Source: Desulfovirgula sp.
GTDB taxonomy: Bacteria > Bacillota > Desulfotomaculia > Desulfotomaculales > Nap2-2B
Assembly: GCA_020725585.1 (NCBI GenBank)
Contig: DYES01000072.1
Coordinates: 921-64,920 of the forward strand
Direction of reading: 5' to 3'
Length of the DNA stretch: 64,000 nucleotides
How positions within the stretch are numbered: the first letter of the stretch is position 1; the number at the start of each line of letters is the position of its first letter. Both the position numbers and the translations under genes were made by a program. Positions 48,544 through 58,640 of this stretch are shown piece after piece. The notes under the pieces are model-generated. The model had not been told where the DNA came from. It worked only from the letters and a program-made list of their open reading frames with translations, and ran no database searches.

Positions 48544-49101
48544 TTGATTTCCACCAACGATTTTCGCACGGGGTTGACTATTGATCTGGACGGGGAAGCC
48601 TACCAGGTGATTGATTTTCAGCATGTCAAGCCGGGCAAGGGTTCGCCCTTTGTGCGCTCGAAGCTGAAAAATTTGCGTACGGGAGCGGTGATCGAGAGAA
48701 CTTTTAACGCCGGGGAAAAAATCCCGCGCGCCCACGTGGAAAGACGGGAAGTCCAATACCTGTATAACGACGGGAGTAACTACTATTTTATGGACATGGA
48801 AAATTATGAGCAGATGCCCTTAACCGAAGAGCAACTGGGCGACGCAGTAAAATTTTTAAAGGAAAACATGACCCTGCACATTGTTATGTACCAGGGTAAA
48901 TCCATCGGCGTTGACTTGCCCAATTACGTTGAACTGAAAGTAATTGACACCGCCCCGGGAATTAGGGGAGACACCGCCACGGGTGGTTCCAAGCCCGCCA
49001 CCCTGGAAACAGGTTACGTGGTTCAGGTCCCCTTATTTGTGAATGTGGGGGATGTACTGCAGATTGACACCCGCACTGGCTTATATTTAAAACGCGTCTA
49101 G
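48544..49101 (+). CDS. efp: Translation elongation factor P
   Basis: HVKPGKG, PG.RGDTA.GG.KPA.LETG, IDTRTG.Y; TTG start at 48544. Confidence 0.97.
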   Translation: MISTNDFRTGLTIDLDGEAYQVIDFQHVKPGKGSPFVRSKLKNLRTGAVIERTFNAGEKIPRAHVERREVQYLYNDGSNYYFMDMENYEQMPLTEEQLGDAVKFLKENMTLHIVMYQGKSIGVDLPNYVELKVIDTAPGIRGDTATGGSKPATLETGYVVQVPLFVNVGDVLQIDTRTGLYLKRV

Positions 49102-49195
49102 GAAAGTGAACATGTTTAAGACCCCCGCGCAGAAGAAATAATATTCTTATAATGATCAAGAAAAAATATAAGGCAGCGTTCAAGGGGGTTAAAAA

Positions 49196-49651
49196 ATGCC
49201 TGAACTCAAATCAAAAGTGGCTTATTTGCAGGGTTTATCGTCCGGCTTGAACCTGAACCCCGAAACCACGGAAGGAAAACTGTTTCAAAGTATTATCAGT
49301 GTTCTTCAGGAATTTGCTGATTCCTTCGACAGGCTGGAGAAATCTCAGGAGGAGCTGGAAGATTACCTGGAAACCGTCGATCAAGATCTTTCCACCCTCG
49401 AAGAGGAGATTTACCGAAGAAATAACCAATTAGCCCAAGACGCCGATTACGTGGAAGTGGAATGCCCCAACTGCGGGGAAACCGTTTGCTTCGCTTCGGA
49501 TGTCCTGGAAGATGACGAGAGAATTGAAGTCATCTGCCCAAACTGCGACGAGGTAGTTTTTATCAACGACGACAACCTGGAAACGGCGGACGAACCCGAA
49601 GCGCTGGAAGGAAAAGTTGCCGGAAGGACCGGCGAGGAAGAGGACATTTAG
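49196..49651 (+). CDS. CD1247-like acidic protein with zinc ribbon
   Basis: KVAYLQGL N-terminus, coiled coil, two CPNC motifs; typical position after efp in clostridia. Confidence 0.8.
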   Translation: MPELKSKVAYLQGLSSGLNLNPETTEGKLFQSIISVLQEFADSFDRLEKSQEELEDYLETVDQDLSTLEEEIYRRNNQLAQDADYVEVECPNCGETVCFASDVLEDDERIEVICPNCDEVVFINDDNLETADEPEALEGKVAGRTGEEEDI

Positions 49652-49694
49652 TTGCCTTGCTCGCAAAAGCGATGAGTAATGACATGAGTAATAT

Positions 49695-49726
49695 AAGGTG
49701 GGAGAACAATGTTGCCTCCCACCTTT
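49695..49726. terminator. Probable bidirectional terminator between convergent genes
   Basis: AAGGTGGGAG...CTCCCACCTT stem. Confidence 0.7.
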
Positions 49727-49761
49727 ATTCCCATTTTTGCTCGTTTGGCGGCCTGCCCTGT

Positions 49762-51735
49762 TTAAGTTTGTTTCATCTTTTTCACTGCTTCCCTGATTTC
49801 CTCCACGGAGGCTTCCTCTTCAATTGTTGATATATCCCCGATCTCCTTTTCCGTCCAAAGCGCCCTCATTACCCGGCGCATAATTTTCCCGCTGCGCGTC
49901 TTGGGCAGCCCCTTAATAAATTCAATGTCCCTGATCACCACAATGGCCCCCATGGTTTTGCGAACGTGCTCAATCAATTCTTTCTTAAGCTCTTCCGACG
50001 GTTCGTAACCCGGCTTTAAAACGACAAAGGCGCAGGCCACCTCTCCCCTTAACTCGTCGGGGACTCCGGAAACCCCTGCCTCCACCACCGCCGGGTGGGC
50101 GATCAGAGCGCTTTCAATCTCAATGGTGCCGATGCGGTGGGCGGCAATCTTGATCACTTCGTCCGATCTCCCGGCAAACCAGATGTAGCCGTCTTCGTCC
50201 CAGTAAGCGGCGTCTCCGGAGTAGTAGGCGCCTTTGGTGGCGGGGTATCTTTCCCAGTACTCGGCCTGGTACCTTTCCGGTTCTCCCCAGAGTGTGGGCG
50301 TCAGGCCAGGGAAGGGTCTTCTGATCACCACCACCCCTTTTTCTCCCGGTCCCAGGGAACGGCCGTCCTTCTCGTCCAGGATATCGGCGACGATTCCCGG
50401 GACGGGGATGCAGGCGGAGCCCGGCTTGATGGGGAGCAGCCCCAGGCCGTAGGGGTTGGCGAAAATGGGGCCGGAGGTTTCCGTCTGCCACATGTGGTCG
50501 ATGACGGGAATTTTATTCTGGAAGACCTCTTCCTGCAGCCACTGCCAGGCCGGGGGGTTTAATACCTCGCCGGCGCAAAAGATTCTTTCTACCGTGCTCA
50601 AATCGTGCTTGCGGGCCTGCTCGATGCCCAGTTTCATCAGGCCCCTAACCCCCGTAGGGGAGAGCCACAACCCCGTGGCCCGGTTGCGCTCGACAATTTC
50701 CCACCACATGTCCGGCCGGGGGTAGTCGGGGGTGCCTTCGTAAAGGATGGAAGTGCAGCCAAAGAGCAGGGGGCCGTAGACGTTGTAGCTGTGGCCGACG
50801 ATCCAGCCGATGTCCGAGGTGCAGAACCAGACGTCTTCTTCTTTTAAGGCGTAGATCCACTTGCCCATGGAGTAGACGTAAATCTGGTAGCCCCCGTGGT
50901 TCTGGACGGTAACCTTAGGCTTGGCGGTGGTTCCGGAAGTGGGGAGCATAAAGAGAGGTTCGTTGGCCTCCACCGGCACAACCTCGGCGGTGTGCCCTTC
51001 TCCCAGGGACAGGAATTCTTCCCAGAAGATATCTCTTCCTTGTTGCATGGGGGGAGGAGTTTCTTTGTTTCTTTTCAGGACAACTACTTTTTGCACCTGG
51101 CCGGGGCAAATGGCAAGGGCCTCGTCGATGATTTTCTTTAGCTCCACGGGTTTGCCGCGGCGGGAACCTTCGTCCTGGGTGAGGATGAACCTGGCGCCGG
51201 AAATGTCCAGCCGGTCGGCCACTGCGTTGGCGGAAAAGCCGGCGAAAATGACGACGTGCACGGCGGCAATCCGCGCTAAGGCCAGCATGGCCACCACCGC
51301 TTCGATTCCCATGGGCATGTAGATGGCCACGCGGTCCCCCTTTTGGACGCCCAGGCCCTTTAAGGCGGCGGCGTATTGCTTAACCAGGGTGAGCAGTTGC
51401 CCGTAGGTGACTGTTTTGCTTTCTCCGGTTTCCCCGGATTCGGCAATGAGGGCCGCCCTGCCCGCTCTCCCCCTTTTTACGTTGTAGTCCACGCAGTTGT
51501 AGCTGATGTTGGTCAACCCCCCCACGTACCATTTAAAGGTGGGGTATTCCCAGCTAAAGACTTTTTCCCATTTCTTAAACCAGTAGATGTCGTGGATCGC
51601 TTTGTTGGCGGCGTCTTCCCAGAAGCCTTCGGGATCTTCCTTGGCCCAGTCAAGGAAGCGTTTAACCGGCGGCGGGACCAGGCCGGTACCCATTTTGTGA
51701 GTAGTCATTTCCAGGCTTGCCTCCTTTTGTTTCAT
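49762..51735 (-). CDS. acsA: Acetyl-CoA synthetase (AMP-forming) or related short-chain acyl-CoA ligase
   Basis: TSGTTAKPK, DIGWIVGHSY.VYGPL, WQTET, GRSD, PKTRSGKIMRR. Confidence 0.9.
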   Translation of the reverse strand: MKQKEASLEMTTHKMGTGLVPPPVKRFLDWAKEDPEGFWEDAANKAIHDIYWFKKWEKVFSWEYPTFKWYVGGLTNISYNCVDYNVKRGRAGRAALIAESGETGESKTVTYGQLLTLVKQYAAALKGLGVQKGDRVAIYMPMGIEAVVAMLALARIAAVHVVIFAGFSANAVADRLDISGARFILTQDEGSRRGKPVELKKIIDEALAICPGQVQKVVVLKRNKETPPPMQQGRDIFWEEFLSLGEGHTAEVVPVEANEPLFMLPTSGTTAKPKVTVQNHGGYQIYVYSMGKWIYALKEEDVWFCTSDIGWIVGHSYNVYGPLLFGCTSILYEGTPDYPRPDMWWEIVERNRATGLWLSPTGVRGLMKLGIEQARKHDLSTVERIFCAGEVLNPPAWQWLQEEVFQNKIPVIDHMWQTETSGPIFANPYGLGLLPIKPGSACIPVPGIVADILDEKDGRSLGPGEKGVVVIRRPFPGLTPTLWGEPERYQAEYWERYPATKGAYYSGDAAYWDEDGYIWFAGRSDEVIKIAAHRIGTIEIESALIAHPAVVEAGVSGVPDELRGEVACAFVVLKPGYEPSEELKKELIEHVRKTMGAIVVIRDIEFIKGLPKTRSGKIMRRVMRALWTEKEIGDISTIEEEASVEEIREAVKKMKQT

Positions 51736-51914
51736 AATATAAAACTCTGTCTTTCATTTTAAATGAGAATTGGGCAATGATTAAGAATATTTAGCCTAAA
51801 TGTTATTTTTTACGGTTAAAAGGACGTTTTTGGGAGGTTAACGGTTTCCCCTTGGCTTTGCCAGTAAAAATGCTTCCCTGAACGAAAGGGGACGGGGAGA
51901 TTTCGGTTTTACCC

Positions 51915-51944
51915 TTGACTTATACTGCTGAAAAGGGTTAGAAT
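51915..51944 (+). promoter_or_regulatory. Putative sigma-A promoter of the CoADR-rhodanese gene
   Basis: TTGACT-18 nt-TAGAAT, overlapped by an ACCCTT/AAGGGT inverted repeat. Confidence 0.55.
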
Positions 51945-51987
51945 ATCTGCGGTGTGCAAGCCTAAGCAATCAGGGGGGAAATAAAAA

Positions 51988-53670
51988 ATGGGTGAAAAAA
52001 TAGTTATCATCGGAGGAGTGGCGGCCGGCCCGAAAGTTGCCGCCCGCGCGCGCAGGCTTTCGCCCCAGGCTGAAATTGCAATCGTCGAACGCGGCCGGCT
52101 GATCTCCTACGCGGGCTGCGGCATGCCCTTTTATCTTGCAGGCCAGGTAAAAGACTTTCAAGAATTGTTTACCACTCCTTACGGAGTGAAAAGAGACGAG
52201 GAATTTTTCCTCAGCGAGCGAAACGTACGCGTGTTCACGCTTACGGAAGCCGTGGCCATAAATCGCCGGAAAAAAGAAGTGGCGGCGGTAGATCTGGCCA
52301 CCCGCCGGGAATCCGTGATCCCCTACGATAAGCTTGTCCTGGCCACCGGATCGGTTCCCGTGGTTCCGCCCTTTGAAGGGATCGGCTTACAAGGAGTGCA
52401 CCGTTTAAACCACCCCGATGACGTACAAAAGATTATGGACCAAATCGAAAACGTCGACGACGCGGTCATCATCGGCGCCGGCATGATCGGCATGGAAGCG
52501 GCGGACGCACTGGTCAGGCGAAAAATGTTCGTCACCGTGGTTGAATTGCAAGAGCAAATTTTACCCGGGATGCTGGACGCGGACCTGGCTGCCGTGTTAA
52601 AAGCCAGGCTTGAGGAGCGGGGCGTGGAGTTTCACCTGGGCGAAAAGGTGCTGCGCCTGGAAGGGGACGAAGCCGGCCGCGTGACGCGGGTGGTGACGGA
52701 AAAACGCGCCCTGGACGCCGCCCTGGTGATCATCGCGGTCGGGGTGCGCCCCAACGTGGAGCTGGCGAAGGCGGCGGGGCTGACCATTGGAGAAACCGGC
52801 GCCATTTCCGTAAACGAATATTTGCAAACCGACGACCCGGACATTTACGCGCTGGGGGATTGCGTGGAAAACCTCCACCTGGTTTCCAGGCGGAAGGTTT
52901 ACCTTCCGCTGGCCTCTATTGCCGCCCGGCAGGGCAGGGTGGTCGGCGACAACGTGGTGGGTGGAAAAAGTAAATTTCCCGGAGTGCTGGGCACTACCGT
53001 GTTAAAACTGATGAACATCAATGTGGGCAGAACGGGCTTGGGCGAGGAGCAGGCCCGAGAAGCCGGCTTTTCTGTCTCCGTTGCTACCATCGGCACTCAT
53101 GACCGGACGCATTACTACCCGGAGCACGGCCGTTTCCTGCTGAAACTGATTACGGAGGCGAAAACGGGGCGAATTCTCGGCGCCCAGGCGGTTGGTGAAG
53201 GGGATGCGGTCAAACGGATCGACGTGCTGGCCTGCGCCATCAACTACGGAGCGGGGATTGACGACCTGGCCCACGTGGATTTGGGCTACGCTCCGCCTTT
53301 CAGCACGCCCCTGGATCCCGTCCACCATTGCGTCAATACGGCGCGCAACAAAGCGCAGGGAATCGCCAAAGGAATCACCGCTCAAGAATTATACAGCAAG
53401 CTAAACAGTCAAGATGATTTCGTTTTATTGGACGTACGGACCCCTTCACAATACAGGGCGGGGCACATTGAAGATAAGCGCGCGCTGTTAATCCCCATCG
53501 GCGAGTTGCGCCGGCGGGTCGGCGAGATCCCCCAGGGGAAAGAGGTAATTGTTGTGTGCGCTGTCGGCAGCCGCAGCTACGAAGCACAGCGCATCCTGGA
53601 AGGAGCCGGCTTTGCAAACGTCCGCTTTTTAGAAGGCGGCCTGCAGGCCTGGCCTTATGAGCTGGATTAA
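51988..53670 (+). CDS. CoA-disulfide/persulfide reductase-like flavoprotein with C-terminal rhodanese
   Basis: GGVAAG, SYAGCGMP redox Cys, GAGMIG.E, YAPPFS, rhodanese DVR...CAVGSRS. Confidence 0.9.
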   Translation: MGEKIVIIGGVAAGPKVAARARRLSPQAEIAIVERGRLISYAGCGMPFYLAGQVKDFQELFTTPYGVKRDEEFFLSERNVRVFTLTEAVAINRRKKEVAAVDLATRRESVIPYDKLVLATGSVPVVPPFEGIGLQGVHRLNHPDDVQKIMDQIENVDDAVIIGAGMIGMEAADALVRRKMFVTVVELQEQILPGMLDADLAAVLKARLEERGVEFHLGEKVLRLEGDEAGRVTRVVTEKRALDAALVIIAVGVRPNVELAKAAGLTIGETGAISVNEYLQTDDPDIYALGDCVENLHLVSRRKVYLPLASIAARQGRVVGDNVVGGKSKFPGVLGTTVLKLMNINVGRTGLGEEQAREAGFSVSVATIGTHDRTHYYPEHGRFLLKLITEAKTGRILGAQAVGEGDAVKRIDVLACAINYGAGIDDLAHVDLGYAPPFSTPLDPVHHCVNTARNKAQGIAKGITAQELYSKLNSQDDFVLLDVRTPSQYRAGHIEDKRALLIPIGELRRRVGEIPQGKEVIVVCAVGSRSYEAQRILEGAGFANVRFLEGGLQAWPYELD

Positions 53671-53712
53671 AGAGGGTTCGCCTGACTAAAGCCTTATCTA
53701 AAAGAAATCGTT

Positions 53713-53749
53713 AAACGGTGCTTTTGTTTAGCAAAAGGCGCCGTTTTTT
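53713..53749 (+). terminator. Rho-independent terminator
   Basis: AAACGGTGCTTTTG...CAAAAGGCGCCGTTT plus T run. Confidence 0.75.
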
Positions 53750-53846
53750 ATTTAAGGACGCACTAAGAAACATATGGGCAAAACTATCCGGAGTCAAATA
53801 ATTTTGGACCTGTTCTTTGCCGTGCGCTTTCGACAAAAAGGTTCTG

Positions 53847-53876
53847 GAATAAAACAGCGCCGGCCGCCATACCTAT
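53847..53876 (+). promoter_or_regulatory. Putative sigma-E promoter of spoIIIA
   Basis: ATA(53849-51)-16 nt-CATACCTAT; same geometry as upstream of spoIIM. Confidence 0.6.
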
Positions 53877-53899
53877 GGGATAAAGGGAGGGACAAACAG

Positions 53900-54973
53900 G
53901 TGCAAAAAGCGCATCTGCTCCCCAGGAGGGCTGCTGCCGGGCAGCCGAACGGCAGGCCGGTCGCGGAAGAAGACGCCGGAGGGCCCCGGCCGGCACCCTG
54001 GCAGGAAATTTTACCCTTTTTGCCCCCAGCTTTGGCCGCAATTATTGCCAACCTCCCGGGGGCGGTCCTGGAGAAACTGGAGGAAATTCGCCTCCGGCAG
54101 GGCAAGCCGCTGATCATCGGCCTGCCCGGCGCGGACCAAATGGTCGGTCCCCAGGGCGGGCCAGTCAAAGATTGCACCCAGGCTTACCTGGTTACCAAGG
54201 ACGACATTCAGCGGGTTACCCAGCTGGTCAGCGGATGCTCTTTGTACGCCTTTGAAGAAGAAATAAAAAACGGGTTCATCACTTTACCGGGCGGTCACCG
54301 GGTGGGCCTGACGGGAAAAGCGGTGGTGGAAAAGGGGCGGGTGAAAACGCTCAAACACATCTGTAGCCTGAATATCCGCATCTCCCGGGAGGTCAGGGGT
54401 ATCGCTGAACCCGTCTTGCCGTACCTGCTCGATTGCCGGGCGCTCAATATCTATCACACGTTAATTTTTTCTCCGCCGCGCTGCGGCAAAACCACTCTTT
54501 TACGCGATCTGGTCCGGCAGATCAGCAGCGGCATACCGCAGTTGAATTTTCCGGGCTTAAACGTCGGCCTGGTCGACGAGCGATCGGAAGTGGCCGGCTG
54601 CTACCGGGGGGTTCCCCAGCGCGACGTTGGTTTACGGACAGACGTCCTGGACGGGTGTCCCAAGGCGGAAGGGATGATCATGCTGCTGCGCGCGATGGCC
54701 CCCCAGGTCATCGCTACCGATGAAATCGGCAGCCGCGAGGACGTGGCTGCCCTAGAGGAAGTTTTTAACGCGGGGGTCAAGGTAATCGTTACGGTGCACG
54801 GATCGTCGCTGGCCGAACTGGCCGCCAGGCCTTCCCTGAATTACTTGCTTAACCTGAAGGTGATCGAGCGTTACGTGCTGCTGGGGCGCTCTTCCGGCAC
54901 CGGAACGGTGGAGCAAATCATCGACGGCAGATCTATGCTTCCCCTGCGGAAAGGGTCGAATTGCCGTGCTTAA
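53900..54973 (+). CDS. spoIIIAA: Stage III sporulation protein AA
   Basis: EEIRLR, GFITLPGGHRVG, PRCGKTTLLRD, VDERSE, DEIG; GTG start behind GGGAGG (track start 53774). Confidence 0.95.
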   Translation: MQKAHLLPRRAAAGQPNGRPVAEEDAGGPRPAPWQEILPFLPPALAAIIANLPGAVLEKLEEIRLRQGKPLIIGLPGADQMVGPQGGPVKDCTQAYLVTKDDIQRVTQLVSGCSLYAFEEEIKNGFITLPGGHRVGLTGKAVVEKGRVKTLKHICSLNIRISREVRGIAEPVLPYLLDCRALNIYHTLIFSPPRCGKTTLLRDLVRQISSGIPQLNFPGLNVGLVDERSEVAGCYRGVPQRDVGLRTDVLDGCPKAEGMIMLLRAMAPQVIATDEIGSREDVAALEEVFNAGVKVIVTVHGSSLAELAARPSLNYLLNLKVIERYVLLGRSSGTGTVEQIIDGRSMLPLRKGSNCRA

Positions 54974-55484
54974 ACTAATGGGTTCGCTGGTGATTATTTT
55001 CAGTTTTGGATTAATCGGCGTTTTCATCGCCCGCAGCTACGCTCTTCGGCCCGAGGAACTGCGCAGCCTGCAGGCCGCTCTGCAGATGTTGGAAACGGAA
55101 ATTGCCTACGCGGCCACCCCGCTGGCGGATGCTTTGCTTTCCCTGTCCGCCAGAGCGGATCAGCGCGTACGGCCTTTGTTTGCGTATGCTTTGAAGGAGC
55201 TTTCCGCCACGCCCGGCTGCACGGCCCAGGAGGCCTGGGACAAGGCATTAAAGAATTTTTACCCGCAAGCGGCGCTCACGAAAAGCGACCTGGTTATTTT
55301 GGGCAACCTGGGGAGGGCGTTGGGGATTTCGGACCGCCAGGATCAGGTCAGACACCTCCGCCTGGCCAGCGAGCAAATCGGTGCGGAAATAGCCCGGGCG
55401 CAGAACGCGGCTTTTAAATACGTAAAGCTTTGGAACTATCTGGGCTTTTTGGGCGGCCTGGTCCTTGTCCTGCTTCTATACTGA
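54966..55484 (+). CDS. spoIIIAB: Stage III sporulation protein AB
   Basis: RP.ELR.LQ.AL..LETEI.Y..TPL, LG.SD..DQ. Confidence 0.93.
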   Translation: MLKLMGSLVIIFSFGLIGVFIARSYALRPEELRSLQAALQMLETEIAYAATPLADALLSLSARADQRVRPLFAYALKELSATPGCTAQEAWDKALKNFYPQAALTKSDLVILGNLGRALGISDRQDQVRHLRLASEQIGAEIARAQNAAFKYVKLWNYLGFLGGLVLVLLLY

Positions 55485-55490
55485 AAAGAG

Positions 55491-55703
55491 GTGGAAAAAA
55501 TGGGGTACGATCTCAACCTGATCTTTAAAATTGTCGGCGTGGGCATTTTGGTCGGCGCAGCGCATTACATCCTGAAAAATTCCGGCAAGGAAGATTACGC
55601 CTTTTTGGCCACGCTGGGAGGCCTGGGTATCGTTTTAATCTGGGTTATCCAGTTGCTGGGAAATTTTTTTGAACAGGTCAGGTCAGTCTTTAAACTTTTT
55701 TAG
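55491..55703 (+). CDS. spoIIIAC: Stage III sporulation protein AC
   Basis: IFKIVGVGI, L...GKE.YA, F..V..VF; operon position. Confidence 0.92.
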   Translation: MEKMGYDLNLIFKIVGVGILVGAAHYILKNSGKEDYAFLATLGGLGIVLIWVIQLLGNFFEQVRSVFKLF

Positions 55704-55720
55704 CAAGGAGCTAAAAAAGC

Positions 55721-56107
55721 ATGGAGATTATGCAAATTGTCGGCATAGGAATAGTGGCGGCGGTTCTGGCCGTAACCATCCGGCAGAGTAAGCCCGAAAT
55801 CGCCGTTACTGTGAGCGTTGCCGCGGGAATTATGATTTTTTTTCTCGTCTTGGGAAAAATCGGCGCGGTAATCGACGTCTTAAAAGAGCTGGCCGAACGG
55901 GCTGACCTGCATGCCATTTACCTGGCGACCATTTTAAAAATTCTCGCCATTGCTTACATAGCCGAGTTTGGGGCGCAAATCTGCCGCGATGCCGGAGAAG
56001 GCGCGCTGGCCGTAAAAATAGAATTTGCCGCCAAGGTGCTGGTATTGATCTTGGCCGTGCCCATTTTAGCCGCGGTGCTGCAGGCTTTGCTGAAACTGGT
56101 GCCCTGA
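55721..56107 (+). CDS. spoIIIAD: Stage III sporulation protein AD
   Basis: MEIMQIVG, IAYIAEFGAQICRDAGE. Confidence 0.95.
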   Translation: MEIMQIVGIGIVAAVLAVTIRQSKPEIAVTVSVAAGIMIFFLVLGKIGAVIDVLKELAERADLHAIYLATILKILAIAYIAEFGAQICRDAGEGALAVKIEFAAKVLVLILAVPILAAVLQALLKLVP

Positions 56108-56108
56108 G

Positions 56109-57323
56109 GTGAAGAAAATGAGAAAAATAATGTGGCTTTTCTTTTTTGCTTTCCTGCTGTTGCCGGTCCCTGCCCCCGCCGCCGGCCTCCCGCCGGCAGG
56201 CGAACCAGTTTCTTTTAGCCCACTGCCGGACCGCCGGCAAGACGATCCGGCAGGCCGGCCCGAGTTGAATATACAAACAATCGAAGAGTACATCAGCCGC
56301 CTGGACGGTGAAATTCAAAAATCTGTGCCGGAGCTTAGCTTTAAGGATCTTTTGCTCAAGCTGGCCAAGGGAGAGCTCGACCTGACCCCGGCCGGCATCC
56401 TGCAGAGCGTGCTCGCCTGCTTTTTCCGGGAAGTGGTGGCCAACTCCGCACTCTTGGGAAAATTGATCATCCTGGCGATTATCTGCGCCGTTCTCCATAA
56501 CCTTACCGTTGCCTTTGACCGGGGAACAACCGGCCAGCTGAGTTATACCGTGGTTTACCTGGTCATGATCGGCCTGGCCCTGGGCTCTTTCGCCCTGGCC
56601 GTAAATAGCGGGCGGGAAGTGGTGGACAAGATGGTTTCTTTTATGCAGGCCCTGCTGCCCCTTTTGCTTACTTTGCTGGTGGCCATGGGGGGAGTCGCTT
56701 CGGCCGCCATCTTTCACCCGGTTATTCTGGCCAGCCTGACCGTTATCGGCACGCTCACCAAAAATATTGTCCTGCCGCTGATCTTCTTTGCCGCCGTGCT
56801 GAGCATAGCCGGAAATCTTTCGCCGCAGTTCCGGGTGTCCCATCTGGCCGGCCTCCTGAAAACCATTGCCCTGGGGATACTGGGTGTATTTGGCACTATT
56901 TTTTTGGGCCTGCTGGCCATCCGCGGAGTGGCGGGCGGCGTAGGCGACGGGATTGCCTTGCGCACGGCCAAGTTTGCCGTGGACGCCTTTATCCCCATCG
57001 TAGGCGGGATGTTTTCCGACGCTTTGGAAGCCATCGTCAGCTCCTCTTTACTAATTAAAAACGCCGCGGGGATTGCCGGAATGATCATCGTTCTCCTGAT
57101 CATGGGCCTTCCCCTGCTCAAAATACTTACCCTGGCTCTAATTTACAAACTTGCCGGCGCCCTGGTGCAGCCCGTAGGAGAAGGGCAGGTGGTTGATTGC
57201 TTAAATGATTTGGGGGCCAGCCTGATGATGGTTTTTGCCGTGGTCTCCGTCGTAGGGCTGCTCTTCTTTTTCACCATCGCCATCCTCATCGGCGTAGGTA
57301 ATCTTACCGTTATGCTGCGCTGA
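56109..57323 (+). CDS. spoIIIAE: Stage III sporulation protein AE
   Basis: Multi-TM; FM.AL.PLL, FHP, TAKF....FIP.VG, IKNA.G. Confidence 0.94.
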   Translation: MKKMRKIMWLFFFAFLLLPVPAPAAGLPPAGEPVSFSPLPDRRQDDPAGRPELNIQTIEEYISRLDGEIQKSVPELSFKDLLLKLAKGELDLTPAGILQSVLACFFREVVANSALLGKLIILAIICAVLHNLTVAFDRGTTGQLSYTVVYLVMIGLALGSFALAVNSGREVVDKMVSFMQALLPLLLTLLVAMGGVASAAIFHPVILASLTVIGTLTKNIVLPLIFFAAVLSIAGNLSPQFRVSHLAGLLKTIALGILGVFGTIFLGLLAIRGVAGGVGDGIALRTAKFAVDAFIPIVGGMFSDALEAIVSSSLLIKNAAGIAGMIIVLLIMGLPLLKILTLALIYKLAGALVQPVGEGQVVDCLNDLGASLMMVFAVVSVVGLLFFFTIAILIGVGNLTVMLR

Positions 57324-57344
57324 CCCGGCAGGGGGGAAAATTCC

Positions 57345-58025
57345 TTGGAGATAATTCGCCTGCTCGTCCAAAACCTGATTGTCATTATCATCCTGTCCAC
57401 CTTTTTGGAAATGCTTCTTCCGGCGGGGGAGATGAAGCGTTACACCAAGCTGGTGATGGGGCTGTTGGTGATCATTACCGTGCTCGGTGCGCTGGGCAGC
57501 CTGCTCCGGGGGGATTGGGCGCGGGAACTGCCCGAACAGGCGATCGGCGTGAGGCAACCCGGTGCCGCCGGGCTGAGTGAAATCATGGCCAGCGCAAAAA
57601 AAGTAAGCCAGGAGCACCTGAAAAGGGCGGGCGAAGAATACCGGCGCTCGCTGGCCCGCCAGGTCAGCGCCCTTGCCGGCTTAAGCGGAGAAGTGGAGGT
57701 CCTCTGGGTAGAGGTGGATATTTACGACGAAGAAAGCAATCCAAAGTTCGGCCAGGTCAAGGAGATCAGGCTGGCGGCAAGCGGCGCCCGGCTTCCCGCA
57801 CAGGAGCGGAATACGCTTGCCGAACCGATCAAAATCGAGGTAGGAGAGCAAAAGAAAAAAGAATCTTTTGTTCGGGAGCGGCCGGATCAGGCGCAGTGCT
57901 TATCTTCTGCAGTCAAAGATAAGTTAAAAACGACGATAGCGAATTTTTACGGGCTTTCTCAAGAACAGGTGAAGGTTTTTGAGGGGAACCAGGCACCAGA
58001 GACAAAGAATCGAGAGGAGGGCTGA
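57345..58025 (+). CDS. spoIIIAF: Stage III sporulation protein AF
   Basis: FLEMLLP...MKRY.KLV.GL; operon position. Confidence 0.9.
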   Translation: MEIIRLLVQNLIVIIILSTFLEMLLPAGEMKRYTKLVMGLLVIITVLGALGSLLRGDWARELPEQAIGVRQPGAAGLSEIMASAKKVSQEHLKRAGEEYRRSLARQVSALAGLSGEVEVLWVEVDIYDEESNPKFGQVKEIRLAASGARLPAQERNTLAEPIKIEVGEQKKKESFVRERPDQAQCLSSAVKDKLKTTIANFYGLSQEQVKVFEGNQAPETKNREEG

Positions 58026-58027
58026 AA

Positions 58028-58639
58028 ATGAAAGACTGGTGGAAAAAAGTGGTGGGCGGGGAGAACGGTGATTACCCCCCGAAACAGCAAAGGCAAAAGA
58101 TTATCTGGCTGGCGGGCGCAATTATCCTGGGCGTGGCTTTGATTTTAATCGGCAATAGCCACCGTCCCGGCCAGAGCGCCCCGGAGACGGCGGTTGCAAG
58201 AGGGGAGGAAAAGCCCGCTTTTCGTTCCGCAATGGCCCAGGAGGAAGAAGTTTTAGCCGCCAGGCTCAAAAAAATGCTCAGTCAGGTGGAGGGCGCGGGA
58301 AAAGTGGACGTGACGGTGCGCCTGGCCAGCTCCAAGCGGGATAAGTACGCCATCAACACCACCACCGGCCGAAAAACCACGGAAGAAAAAGATCAGGCGG
58401 GCGGAGCCAGGCTGATCACCGAAAACACCGGCAATGAGCAGCTTGTTGTGCTCCGTGACGGCCAGAAAGAAACTCCCGTCGTCGAGGAGGAGCAGGCCGC
58501 GCGCATTGCCGGCGTGCTGGTGGTGGCGGAAGGGGCAAAGAACCCGGTCATCAAGGCGCATTTATTCAAGGCCGTGCAGGTGGCCCTGGGCGCAGAACCG
58601 CAAAAAATTCTGGTTTTGCCTGCCGAAGGGGGAGAATAA
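58028..58639 (+). CDS. spoIIIAG: Stage III sporulation protein AG
   Basis: L.Q.EGAGKV.V, GVLVVAEGA..P..K, KI.VLP. Confidence 0.92.
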   Translation: MKDWWKKVVGGENGDYPPKQQRQKIIWLAGAIILGVALILIGNSHRPGQSAPETAVARGEEKPAFRSAMAQEEEVLAARLKKMLSQVEGAGKVDVTVRLASSKRDKYAINTTTGRKTTEEKDQAGGARLITENTGNEQLVVLRDGQKETPVVEEEQAARIAGVLVVAEGAKNPVIKAHLFKAVQVALGAEPQKILVLPAEGGE

Positions 58640-58640
58640 T

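Noticed and set aside
55830..56843. Long antisense ORFs (this 337-aa one and many shorter ones in the track)
   Set aside because: Shadow frames of GC-rich conserved genes, with no RBS or family motifs.
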